Virus record (IMG/VR): IMGVR_UViG_3300017971_000213
Location: 1-64,000 of that record
Reading direction: 5' to 3' (one strand)
Source of the DNA: an uncultured virus (IMG/VR IMGVR_UViG_3300017971_000213)
Lineage: Duplodnaviria; Heunggongvirae; Uroviricota; Caudoviricetes
Length of the DNA: 64,000 nucleotides
The notes under the pieces are model-generated. The model saw only the letters and a program-made list of their open reading frames with translations. It searched no databases and was not told the origin of the DNA. The translations under genes and the position numbers were made by a program. The first letter of the stretch is position 1. Each line of letters opens with the position of its first letter. Shown here piece after piece: positions 18,240-27,300 of the stretch.

Positions 18240-18769
18240 TCGCCACCCTGCGGAGCTGTGCTGACCTCCTCAACAACCTGCTGCCACTCGGCGTCGGCCT
18301 CATTGAGGGGCAAGCCGGTCTTCGCCGTCGGAGGAAGCTTGGCCTCCATCCACCGAACAACGAGATCTACGAGAGATTTCGCCACAGGAACATCAGGAAC
18401 ACCGCTGATGCCCGACGGCTGGAACTCTTGGTACTTGAACTTCTCGTAGACCTTCGCCGGAGGAACCCCGAACTGAAGAAGCAGCGAAAGGGCGATGGAC
18501 CACATGTCCGCGAGACCATGCAACTCGTGCCCGTGCTTGCCCATCCGGATGAACACCTCGCCAGGGGTACCGTCGGGGTAGCAACCCACCGTGAAGTACC
18601 CCTTGATCTCCGTGATCTCCTTCTTCTCGTTCTCACGAGTCAGGGTGAACCGCACCGTACGGCTCTTGCGCTCATCGAGAAGGGGACGACGGATAGGCTC
18701 GTCCCCGTAGCACTCGTGGAGTCCAACCAGAGAGGTCTCGATGTCGACCGGCTGTTCTTTCTTGATCAT
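18236..18769 (-). CDS. stand-alone TSCPD domain protein (class II ribonucleotide reductase C-terminal domain)
   Basis: YFTVGCYPDGTPGEVFIRMGKHG...SLLLQFGVP...FQPSG...AKSLVD matches the NrdJ C-terminal TSCPD domain. Confidence 0.8.
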   Translation of the reverse strand: MIKKEQPVDIETSLVGLHECYGDEPIRRPLLDERKSRTVRFTLTRENEKKEITEIKGYFTVGCYPDGTPGEVFIRMGKHGHELHGLADMWSIALSLLLQFGVPPAKVYEKFKYQEFQPSGISGVPDVPVAKSLVDLVVRWMEAKLPPTAKTGLPLNEADAEWQQVVEEVSTAPQGGE

Positions 18770-20310
18770 CGCGTCACCTTGTCCAGAAAAGTTCTGATCG
18801 TGGTCGCCGCGTAATCCATATCACGCGAGGTCTTGACAGACCGAAGTGCTCCCGAAGGGTGCACGCAGATAGCCACCTTGGCGTCAACGTCCCCCACGAG
18901 ACCAGTAGGGTTCTCCAGGATTTCCCCACAGTGCTTGGACACCCGGCTCCGATACGGCGTCACCGCAGACATCGCTTCGTTCCCGAAGCAGATGATGAAC
19001 TTGGGCTTGAGCAGATCCAGCTCGGCGCGCAGATACGGAAGGCACGCCATGACCTCGGGGTACGTAGGGGGTCGATTGTTCTCCGAATAGCACTTGCAGG
19101 TGTTGGTGATCCAGCACTCCGACCGGCTAACACCGATCTGCTCAAGAAATCGATCCAACCGGGACCCCGCAGGGGCCTCGGGGAAGAAGGGCACGCCGTT
19201 CTCCAGCTCCTGCGCCCCTGGGTTGCGACCGAGGAGAAGAATCTCGCGATCTTCCGCCCCCGAAGCGTACGTGGGGCCTTTATCCCCGCAATGAGACCTC
19301 AGCTCACAACGGTTGCACTCCGAGATGGCCCAATCGACCTCCCTCAGAGAGCCCCAGGACGGATTCTGCGCGCCGTAAGCTTCCATGTAGTCCACCATGC
19401 CCGTCAGGTCCGTTACACGGTCTGGAAGGAGCCCTGACGGCACAGGATAGCGTCTCCCTATGTGCTCCGACAAGATCTGAACCCGCATAGGGTCCCTGTA
19501 GAGGGGTTTGGACACCTGTTCGAGGAGAACTTGGCGTTCCTTCTCAGAAAGACAGTGAATCGCCTCCCGTAGAGATGGAATCTTGACGAGCCGGTACATC
19601 TCGGCAAGAAAATCCCCCTCGGGGAGTATCTTGGAGGTGGATTTCTTCTCGTCGAGTTCCTTGGCGTGCTCCGGGTTGAGCAGCTCGCCAAGACTCCCGA
19701 ACCGGCGCAACAAAGCAGACCCGGTTTTCGGCCCAACCCCCTTCACCCCCGGAAGATTGTCCGAGGCATCCCCAACGAGAGCCTTCAGATCGGGAATCTG
19801 AGCACAATCCACCTCGAAGTGAGCCTGCGCGGACGTCTGATCCACGAACAGCTCCTTCTGATGGTCGTAGACGTGGACCCGGTCGCTCACGAGCTGCCAG
19901 AGATCGCGATCTCCGGTCGCCAGGATGACTTCCCAGCCACCGAGGACGTACGCGAAGTACTCAGCGAGCCACGCCAATACGTCGTCGGCCTCCACCCCGT
20001 GGACAACTACCTGACGGACTCCGTACGCGTCGAGATACCGGCGTGCGAGCATCAACTGCTCGTCGAGGGCCTCCAGATCGATGGCAGAGTCCCTCTTTTT
20101 CTGCGCCCGGTGGGCTTTGTACTCCGAGTACAGCTCCGTCCGCCACCGAGATTTCCCCCTATCCCAGCACACCACAACATCCTGAGGCGTGAATTTCGAC
20201 ATCACCTCGAAGAAGTAAGTGATGACCTTCTGAGCGATGCCCTCGATGGGGCTGGAGTGGGCGGCACGCCACAGAAGAGGGTTACCGTCGATGAGAAGCA
20301 CGCGACTCAT
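18766..20310 (-). CDS. 5'-3' exonuclease (FEN/PolI-like) fused to a family-4-like uracil-DNA glycosylase domain
   Basis: LLIDGN, YKAHR, EADD, TGDRD, GDASDNLPGVKGVGPKTG; then CNRCEL, GRNPG, PF, TNTCKC, NRPP..E..AC, HPS. Confidence 0.88.
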   Translation of the reverse strand: MSRVLLIDGNPLLWRAAHSSPIEGIAQKVITYFFEVMSKFTPQDVVVCWDRGKSRWRTELYSEYKAHRAQKKRDSAIDLEALDEQLMLARRYLDAYGVRQVVVHGVEADDVLAWLAEYFAYVLGGWEVILATGDRDLWQLVSDRVHVYDHQKELFVDQTSAQAHFEVDCAQIPDLKALVGDASDNLPGVKGVGPKTGSALLRRFGSLGELLNPEHAKELDEKKSTSKILPEGDFLAEMYRLVKIPSLREAIHCLSEKERQVLLEQVSKPLYRDPMRVQILSEHIGRRYPVPSGLLPDRVTDLTGMVDYMEAYGAQNPSWGSLREVDWAISECNRCELRSHCGDKGPTYASGAEDREILLLGRNPGAQELENGVPFFPEAPAGSRLDRFLEQIGVSRSECWITNTCKCYSENNRPPTYPEVMACLPYLRAELDLLKPKFIICFGNEAMSAVTPYRSRVSKHCGEILENPTGLVGDVDAKVAICVHPSGALRSVKTSRDMDYAATTIRTFLDKVTR

Positions 20311-20359
20311 GCTCTTAAAATACAAGATGGGGTTGAAGGTGGCAGAACTAGGGGTTGGG

Positions 20360-21679
20360 CTACTCGGCTAGACGGTTCACCAGAAGTCGTTCCCTGTCGT
20401 CCTCCTTGCGAGGCTGCTCTACCTCACGAATGAACTCCGCAGGAACCAGCCTCTGGCCTTGAGTGTTCACCTCACCCTTCAAGGCATTCCACTTGGGAAC
20501 GTCGAGAACAAGCCTGAGGCAGTCGTCGAACCCGTTGGCCGTGAGCCACTCGACGATGCGCGCCTCGTCCCGCTTGATCACCGTATCCCCGACCGAAACG
20601 ACCACCTGAGCCGCAAAACCGCCGTCTTCTAGGTACTTGGAGGGCTTGCCCGGCTCCGACTCCACTCCGTGCTCCTTCACGTAAGCCATGAGAGGTGCAC
20701 GAAGCTCCTTCTGGACCTCCTCGAAGGCCTTCTTGTACTCAGCCTGGGCATCACGGGCCGCAGCGTACCTCTGAAGATCCTCGCAGTACTTCACGCGAAG
20801 CTGAGCCTGCTCCTCCTGGAGTCGCTGCTCCTCGAAGTAGTCGTACTCGGGCTCGTCGATATCTCGCTCACCGTCATCAGGCTTGAAGCCCAGCGCCCCC
20901 ATCGAGGGCTCGACCGGAGACAGCTTGAGGACACGGACATGACCCGCCAGGACCTGCTTCTCCTGGACCGCCCAGAGCGCCTCTCCGCCTTCGGCACGAC
21001 AGATCAGCATCACGTCTCCCTGCACGACCTCCTTCTGGAGCACCTGAACCGTCAGATCCTCGACATCGACTGCCTGCCAGGAAGCCGTCTGGGGGTTCTG
21101 CCACCAGGTAGGGCCGTTCAGGATGAGAGCAGACCCCACGGGCACCGTCAGAATAACAGCAGGCGGCACTTCCGGAGGTGGAGGAGCGTCCGGAATCGGG
21201 TCCGCAGCCGGAGCGGTGATCGTCTGGTTCCCTTCGAGGGGAGGGGTGACCTCCACGGGCGTTGAGGTCGGGACAGTAGACGAGACATTCTCGGTCGACG
21301 GGACCTCCGGCTCCGCAGGAACCTCCTCGGTTTTCTCGGGAGCCTTCTCTGCCTCCTCAGGAGCAACAGGCTTCGTCGCAGTCGTCTTCTGAGGTGCCTT
21401 GCGGGCCGGGACTGCGGGAGCTGCCGGCGCGGCCTCCCCGTCATCGACCACAGGGTCCGGAGGGACGTTCCCCATCTTCTCCAGCTCCGCCTTATGCTTG
21501 AGCTTCATGTGGGTCTTCACGTACCTCTCGGCCTTGAAACCACCTTTTCCGCAAATCGCGCACTTCCACTTGGTCCCCTCGGACATCATCTCCTCCTTGG
21601 CAGATCGTACCCTGTCTAAGGTCCTCTCAAGCGGAGGCGTGAGAGCCCTTTCTACAGCACCGAGAGCCTTTGCAAACAT
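20360..21679 (-). CDS. C2H2 zinc-finger protein with Pro/Ala/Glu linker and C-terminal coiled-coil domain
   Basis: WKCAICGKGGFKAERYVKTHMKLKH. Two in-frame ATGs (21679 and 21589) each follow a GGAGG SD. Confidence 0.7.
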   Translation of the reverse strand: MFAKALGAVERALTPPLERTLDRVRSAKEEMMSEGTKWKCAICGKGGFKAERYVKTHMKLKHKAELEKMGNVPPDPVVDDGEAAPAAPAVPARKAPQKTTATKPVAPEEAEKAPEKTEEVPAEPEVPSTENVSSTVPTSTPVEVTPPLEGNQTITAPAADPIPDAPPPPEVPPAVILTVPVGSALILNGPTWWQNPQTASWQAVDVEDLTVQVLQKEVVQGDVMLICRAEGGEALWAVQEKQVLAGHVRVLKLSPVEPSMGALGFKPDDGERDIDEPEYDYFEEQRLQEEQAQLRVKYCEDLQRYAAARDAQAEYKKAFEEVQKELRAPLMAYVKEHGVESEPGKPSKYLEDGGFAAQVVVSVGDTVIKRDEARIVEWLTANGFDDCLRLVLDVPKWNALKGEVNTQGQRLVPAEFIREVEQPRKEDDRERLLVNRLAE

Positions 21680-21721
21680 CGATTGTCCTCCCGTACAGCC
21701 CACATACAAGCCAACGAGGCA

Positions 21722-21750
21722 ACCTTACTATAGCATTGAGGCTCTGTCAA
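21722..21750 (-). promoter_or_regulatory. sigma70-like promoter
   Basis: Minus strand TTGACA-N17-TAAGGT, intergenic, T-rich upstream. Confidence 0.65.
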
Positions 21751-21758
21751 TGAAAAAA

Positions 21759-22208
21759 TCAGGAGGCGTCTTCGGAGTCCGGCGGGGTGAGGTCAGCGAA
21801 GGGGTCCCGAATCGGGGAAAGGTTCTTGATCCCCGTGATGACCATGTTGACGACGAACGCGTTCTTGGACATCTCCGCGCGCTTGGAGAACTCGACAATA
21901 CGGTCATGAACAGACGAAGGGAAGCTGACCAGCATCTTCCTCGGGATGTCCGGTGCGTACTCCGTCCCTGTCAACTTCCACTGGCGTACACCGCGCCGAA
22001 CCTTGTCCTCGACCACCCGGTGCTCTCTCAAAACACGAAGATTGTTCCCCACCTTTGACAAGGTGTGAGTCTCCGCGAACTTCATCTCCAAGAACTTGAC
22101 CACCATCTCGGTAGTCACCCACTCGTGCTCGCGCTCTAGGTACCCCAGAGCCTCGATGATCTTGTGACGCAGGACAATAAGGGGGTCTTCCTGCCGGCCC
22201 GTGCTCAT
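21759..22208 (-). CDS. transcription regulator, winged HTH plus ribbon-helix-helix
   Basis: wHTH: LSKVGNNLRVLREHRVVE...RQWKL. RHH: KMLVSFPSSVHDRIVEFSKRAEMSKNAFVVNMV. Confidence 0.75.
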   Translation of the reverse strand: MSTGRQEDPLIVLRHKIIEALGYLEREHEWVTTEMVVKFLEMKFAETHTLSKVGNNLRVLREHRVVEDKVRRGVRQWKLTGTEYAPDIPRKMLVSFPSSVHDRIVEFSKRAEMSKNAFVVNMVITGIKNLSPIRDPFADLTPPDSEDAS

Positions 22209-22254
22209 GAGAATCCTCCTCTCCGGTATACACCGGAAGCCTTAACATCTTGAA

Positions 22255-22283
22255 GATATATCACGAATCCCGGAGGCTGTCAA
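22255..22283 (-). promoter_or_regulatory. sigma70-like promoter at the structural/replication boundary
   Basis: Minus strand TTGACA-N17-TATATC. Confidence 0.7.
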
Positions 22284-22296
22284 TAGAGGGGAGTCT

Positions 22297-25200
22297 CTAT
22301 ACCCAGGTGTAGATGGGGGGAGTACCGCCGTTATAAGACGTGAAGTTGGTGAAGGTCAACGTCTCATAGAAGCACCCGCCGTAGTAGTTTGAAGGCCAGC
22401 CGCCAGATTTCGCCAAGTAGACTTTAGGGGTATCGGAAAGCAGAGAAACGGATGCAACAACGTGAATGGCATTTCCGTTGAAGAAGAATTCCGGAAGCCT
22501 CCCCGCACCGCCCGTATTCAGCAGAGACTGCACGTGCATCACGTAAGGGTGGTTTGCGGAAACTGCCCCTGAGTTCCCCTCCCAGTTGAACGCACTCGTA
22601 CTCGTGCACGTGGTGTAGAAAGTATTCCCTTCTACGTGAACAAGAGGGTATTCCCCGTTAGCAGCATCCCACCCAGAAGCCGGGAGGATGTAGAGAGCAT
22701 GGAGCGGAGTAGGAACTCCGGTGAACACGGAGTCCGTATCATCGAAAACACACCCCTTGATCGAATACTGGGAAGGGTACGACGTCGGCATCCTCAAGTA
22801 GCAGAGATAACCGTAAGTGGACGAACCATTCGTGCCTGCAACGGTCTGTACACCTCCCCCAGGACCTGCCCTTGTCGTCAGGAGACAACCGTCGATGGTC
22901 ACGTTAGCGCAGTCCCTGGCCTTGATGCACGCGCTACCCGCCGGAACGTCCAAAGTGGACCCATTGAAGATCGGCTGGAGGAGCATCTTGTTGCCGCTTA
23001 GAGAAACCCCAGCGCAATCATCCCCGTACACCACGCAATGCGAGCCTGAACCACCCCCGAGGCTGCTATAGGGGTTCCCGTTGTACGCCGCAGCCACGAC
23101 CACGTTGTCGCTGATCAGAGAAAGAGGGGTGGAGGTGGCGGCGTAGATCCCCGTCCCGTTCCCGTAGATGTAGTTGTTGTTCACGGAAACTTGATTGGCG
23201 ATCTTTCCGAAGAAACCCGCCCGGAGACCGCTCAGCACGTTTCCGCTGACCGTGCAGTTGATCGGCACCCTGTCCGAAGAAGACGTACTCCCCATGTAGA
23301 GCGCCGCTCCGTTAGACGAGTTGTCCCCGTTCAGGATCACGGTATTACCGGACACCGCGCTGTCCGCCAAGGCGTGGTCCACGTCGATCCCAGCCACCCG
23401 GAAAGAGGTCGTCGACATCCCAGGAAGGATGACAACGTTATCGTTGATAGTGGCACCCTGGATTCCCTGCGTGCCCACCACATAGCTAGTACCGCTGATG
23501 TAGATCCCGCGAGTGCTGTTACCACTGGACCTGAGACCGTACAGGATGTTCGCGTCCACAGTGAGGCCCCTGGTATGGTCTCCCCCGGAAGAGGTGTGGT
23601 CCAGGGTGATGCGGATACCACGAACCGACCCCTCGGACGACAGACCTCCCATCAGGTTCTCGCTCACAGAGATCATCGAGAGGTCGGGCTCCGTCACCGT
23701 CAAATCGCACTCGACGATGACCCCCGTCAGCTCGCTGCTCAAGTAGTGCCCGGAAGAAGTACCCTTCACGAAAGCCGTCATGAAGTTACCGTCGATCTTC
23801 AGAACACCAGCTGTGTTCAGGACCGGGAAGCTATTGATGTTGGCCCGAACACCCAAATGGTAGAGATACGTCATCGTGTTGCGGGAGATCTCCACCCCGT
23901 AACACGCCCCTTCCAGGAGAACACCCCCTCCAAGATACGAGAACGCGTTCCCCGTAACGGAAATACCACCTCCGTCGAGGAGCAGCACCCCTGTGATGAT
24001 CTGCGTCGACGATCCAGAGTGCCTATCAACGTTGTTCCCCTCGATATGCACTGAGAACAGCTGATCGACGATGATGCCCGTAGGGGAGTTGAGTTGCGCT
24101 CCGTTGTTGCCGATCCTGATCGTGTTGTCCCTGATGTAGATGTCTCTCGTATCGATACTGGAAGAAGATGTATTCTGCACCAGAATACCAGCACCGATAG
24201 CAGAATCATTCGTGTCAGGAACCTCGATGTAGTTCCCCTCCAGGTGGAGGTCTGCCACATCGAAGAGCGAGATCGCTATCGGGTAGATCGAGGGGACGCT
24301 GTAGATTCGGTTGTTCCGGACCGACCAGCTCGTCATCCCGTCGGCCTTGAGACCTGCGCCAAAGATAAACGGACAACCGATGGATACGTTGTTCTCGATA
24401 GTGACGTTGTTGACAGACGTCTCACCGATCACAAGCAGCTCCCAGGCCACGAAAGGGGCTCCCGTGCTGAAGTGATAGCAATCCCGGATCGTGGTCAAGG
24501 AACCGGCAGCGAAAGTGATCGAAGTAGCATCGTTGTTGACGATGTTGACCCCTTCGACCACGCAACCCTGCTGGACGTGCCAGTTGTAATCAGCTGCGAC
24601 GTTACACTGGACGACAGCGCCAACAGGGCTCACGGAGAGCCCCTTCACGCCGCGAACATTCACATACTGCGGCTGCCAGACCGGAAAATCGATGGTCACG
24701 CTGCCGATGATGTTGATCCAGTGGGCACCGAGATTCTCGGTGCCGGACATCGCGTGACGCGCATACTCAAACGCCGCGAAGAGGTTGTCGTACGCCGCCT
24801 GCCCGTGGTGGGCAACGCTGGTAGCGATACGAGACGCTACCGACCACGGATCGGTGACGTGGTTCACGTTCTGGGTGAAGTCGACAATCCGCGTAATGTC
24901 AGTGGAATCCGTAGCCAGATAGTAGAGGAGAACCCCTCGTTCCGGAGGATCTCCCGGACCCGAGAAGTGGTAGGTATCCGAAACGTTCGGGATGTTCTCC
25001 GTCAGCCCAAGAACGTACCTCATAGCCGCAGAGACGTCACCGCCGTAGCCCCCTGTGATGTCGAGAACGTGATAGTTGCCCTCCATGTCAGCCCACACGA
25101 ACTGAGACGTGCTGGGGAGAGCCGAAACCGTCTGCACGGAATCCGCCACGATCCTCTGCCCACGGCAGTAATAGGCACCTCCGTTGATATCGATGCCGAA

Positions 25201-27039
25201 CCCGGTGCCCCCGTAGTCGTACCCAAATTCGTTGTAGACACCGTTACGCCGCATCACGCAGCCCGAACGTCCAAGCTCGTTATTCGGGGAGTAGATGAGG
25301 TCCTGTAGCGCGCTATCCGCCATGTTGCGCTTACAGGTGTTGCCCCAGTGACGCTTGTCCACAGAGTTCCGGCTGGAGCTGAGAGGGTTGTACCCGAGAA
25401 CCCAAGAAGGTCCCGTAGGCTCGTAGTAGTACACCAGGGACGCGATGTGCATGTACTCATCGGTACCGTCGGTGAGAGACGCGAAGATGGTAATCGTGTC
25501 CGAAGCATTCGCCAGAGGCAAAAACTCGTCAGAAGCCACAGCGGAGAACGTGGGGTTGACCCACAGATCGATCCAGTGGACGCCGTCAGCGGCATAGAGC
25601 CTGATAGCCTGCGGAGGGACGGCAACCGAGGTCACCGTGACCGGCTTGCCTCCATCCCAGATGAACGTCCACGGCGCCCCTCCCGTGCACTGCACCTCCA
25701 ACGTCGCGCTGCCGGAGGGGTAGTTGTCGCTCATGTCGACGATCCAACAGCCCGTGACGTTGCGAGAGTGGCCGGAAGGCGAACCAGGGAAGGCCGCCTT
25801 CATCTCGTGGATCATATCCCCTTCGTCGGTCACCAAGACCTCGTAGAGATACGCCGACTTGTCCGTCGGAGGCGTGATAGTGACAGCCGACGTAGGTTCG
25901 ACGGTAGTCAGCTTCTGCCCGTTCACGTAGTAGGTGTCGCCGCCTACAGCACCTACGACAGTGTAGGTGTCCGGGGTCTGTGTCTCGTCGATACTCACGG
26001 AGAGGAAGTTGGGCTGCGATATCCACGAGATCCCATTACAGTGCATGAGGTTCTGATGCTCATCCAGTAGCGAGAACGACTCCCCGGTGATGTCGTCCAA
26101 AGACAACGCATGGGGGTTGGTGGGGGATAGAACACCCGTACCAAGCATGTTTCGATGCAGGGAGTCCTCGCCCGTCAGCCTCGGGATGTCCTGGTAGTAG
26201 AGATTAGAGATCGTGATGGTCTCCGTCATCGGGAACGTACCCGACGTCGGAAGAACCGACGTGGCGACAGAAATCCTGATGTACTCACCTGCACCATCAG
26301 GGACATCGATGGTCGCGTCAGCGCTGATCGTCTGCGTGGCACCTGCTCCGTTGGAGGTGGTCCACGTGAAGTCATAAGTACTCGGAGCCGTGTAATCGTA
26401 CTCAAGCGTGCCATCACCGACCGGGGTGTCCGGAGAGACCGCCAAGACGTCCACACCGAGAATCGTCGTCAAGGCCCGAGGAGTCGCGTACAGGATGTTG
26501 TTGAACTCCAACGGGTGCTGAATACTGCTCGCGGTCAAGTCCGAAGCCGGTCCGTTGGCGGTCACCTTGGCCAGGATCATGCACCTGTCCTGCGCGTCGT
26601 TGGCCAGATTGTCGTCCGTGGCGGCAAGCGCCAAGAACTCCGCCTCGGTGTAAACCCGAAGACGCCAACCCATCTCGGAGAAGATAGGGTAGGTGTGTTG
26701 ATCGCTCTCGTGGGGCTGACTGTGAGTGTTGTTCTCGGTGTAGATGGCCAACACGTAGTTGACCACGCCGCTCGTCTCGTCCGACAACGCGATGTCGAAG
26801 TAATCGCTGTCGCTCTCCAGGTACTCACCGTTAGGAGCGAAACCCCCAAACTGCGTCACGTCGATGTGCGTGTACGGGCCTGGGCCAAAGGTATTCACCG
26901 ACACTACACCGCCGTACAGGATGCCCCTGCTTGTCCAGTCCAGGCGATTCCTGAGAATCTCGGCAGCCTTGGTGGTCTCGGTACGACGCAGCGCAATGTG
27001 GTCAACAGTTACGCCATCAGGATAGAGAGAACCCAGCAT
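22297..27039 (-). CDS. tailspike/tail fibre with right-handed beta-helix (possible depolymerase)
   Basis: 1580 aa, last gene of the tail module. The C-terminal half has many I.GN/V.GN/I.DN repeats typical of pectin-lyase-like beta-helices. Confidence 0.75.
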   Translation of the reverse strand: MLGSLYPDGVTVDHIALRRTETTKAAEILRNRLDWTSRGILYGGVVSVNTFGPGPYTHIDVTQFGGFAPNGEYLESDSDYFDIALSDETSGVVNYVLAIYTENNTHSQPHESDQHTYPIFSEMGWRLRVYTEAEFLALAATDDNLANDAQDRCMILAKVTANGPASDLTASSIQHPLEFNNILYATPRALTTILGVDVLAVSPDTPVGDGTLEYDYTAPSTYDFTWTTSNGAGATQTISADATIDVPDGAGEYIRISVATSVLPTSGTFPMTETITISNLYYQDIPRLTGEDSLHRNMLGTGVLSPTNPHALSLDDITGESFSLLDEHQNLMHCNGISWISQPNFLSVSIDETQTPDTYTVVGAVGGDTYYVNGQKLTTVEPTSAVTITPPTDKSAYLYEVLVTDEGDMIHEMKAAFPGSPSGHSRNVTGCWIVDMSDNYPSGSATLEVQCTGGAPWTFIWDGGKPVTVTSVAVPPQAIRLYAADGVHWIDLWVNPTFSAVASDEFLPLANASDTITIFASLTDGTDEYMHIASLVYYYEPTGPSWVLGYNPLSSSRNSVDKRHWGNTCKRNMADSALQDLIYSPNNELGRSGCVMRRNGVYNEFGYDYGGTGFGIDINGGAYYCRGQRIVADSVQTVSALPSTSQFVWADMEGNYHVLDITGGYGGDVSAAMRYVLGLTENIPNVSDTYHFSGPGDPPERGVLLYYLATDSTDITRIVDFTQNVNHVTDPWSVASRIATSVAHHGQAAYDNLFAAFEYARHAMSGTENLGAHWINIIGSVTIDFPVWQPQYVNVRGVKGLSVSPVGAVVQCNVAADYNWHVQQGCVVEGVNIVNNDATSITFAAGSLTTIRDCYHFSTGAPFVAWELLVIGETSVNNVTIENNVSIGCPFIFGAGLKADGMTSWSVRNNRIYSVPSIYPIAISLFDVADLHLEGNYIEVPDTNDSAIGAGILVQNTSSSSIDTRDIYIRDNTIRIGNNGAQLNSPTGIIVDQLFSVHIEGNNVDRHSGSSTQIITGVLLLDGGGISVTGNAFSYLGGGVLLEGACYGVEISRNTMTYLYHLGVRANINSFPVLNTAGVLKIDGNFMTAFVKGTSSGHYLSSELTGVIVECDLTVTEPDLSMISVSENLMGGLSSEGSVRGIRITLDHTSSGGDHTRGLTVDANILYGLRSSGNSTRGIYISGTSYVVGTQGIQGATINDNVVILPGMSTTSFRVAGIDVDHALADSAVSGNTVILNGDNSSNGAALYMGSTSSSDRVPINCTVSGNVLSGLRAGFFGKIANQVSVNNNYIYGNGTGIYAATSTPLSLISDNVVVAAAYNGNPYSSLGGGSGSHCVVYGDDCAGVSLSGNKMLLQPIFNGSTLDVPAGSACIKARDCANVTIDGCLLTTRAGPGGGVQTVAGTNGSSTYGYLCYLRMPTSYPSQYSIKGCVFDDTDSVFTGVPTPLHALYILPASGWDAANGEYPLVHVEGNTFYTTCTSTSAFNWEGNSGAVSANHPYVMHVQSLLNTGGAGRLPEFFFNGNAIHVVASVSLLSDTPKVYLAKSGGWPSNYYGGCFYETLTFTNFTSYNGGTPPIYTWV

Positions 27040-27119
27040 GTATCAGCCTCCTGCTACATGCCCGTCGGTATCGAGGAGATGTGACCGACGGGCCTCGGAA
27101 CACGTTTCCGGTTCCACCC

Positions 27120-27150
27120 ACTCTACCATCTCGGAGGTGGGGATTCTAAA
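27120..27150 (-). promoter_or_regulatory. putative late promoter TTTAGAATCCC-N14-TAGAGT
   Basis: The same 11-mer recurs in two other intergenic gaps of the structural region (51528 and 58778). Confidence 0.6.
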
Positions 27151-27300
27151 CCCAAGGAACCTCCAAGAAGAAACCCTGCCAAACAGAGAATCCCTACGAA
27201 AAAGGACACAAGCAGGAACGCCAAGGAGACGTCCTCAGCGAAAGAATAATACGGCAATTTCGAACCCTTAGGTGCTATAGGAGTAACCCCCACGACGCCC

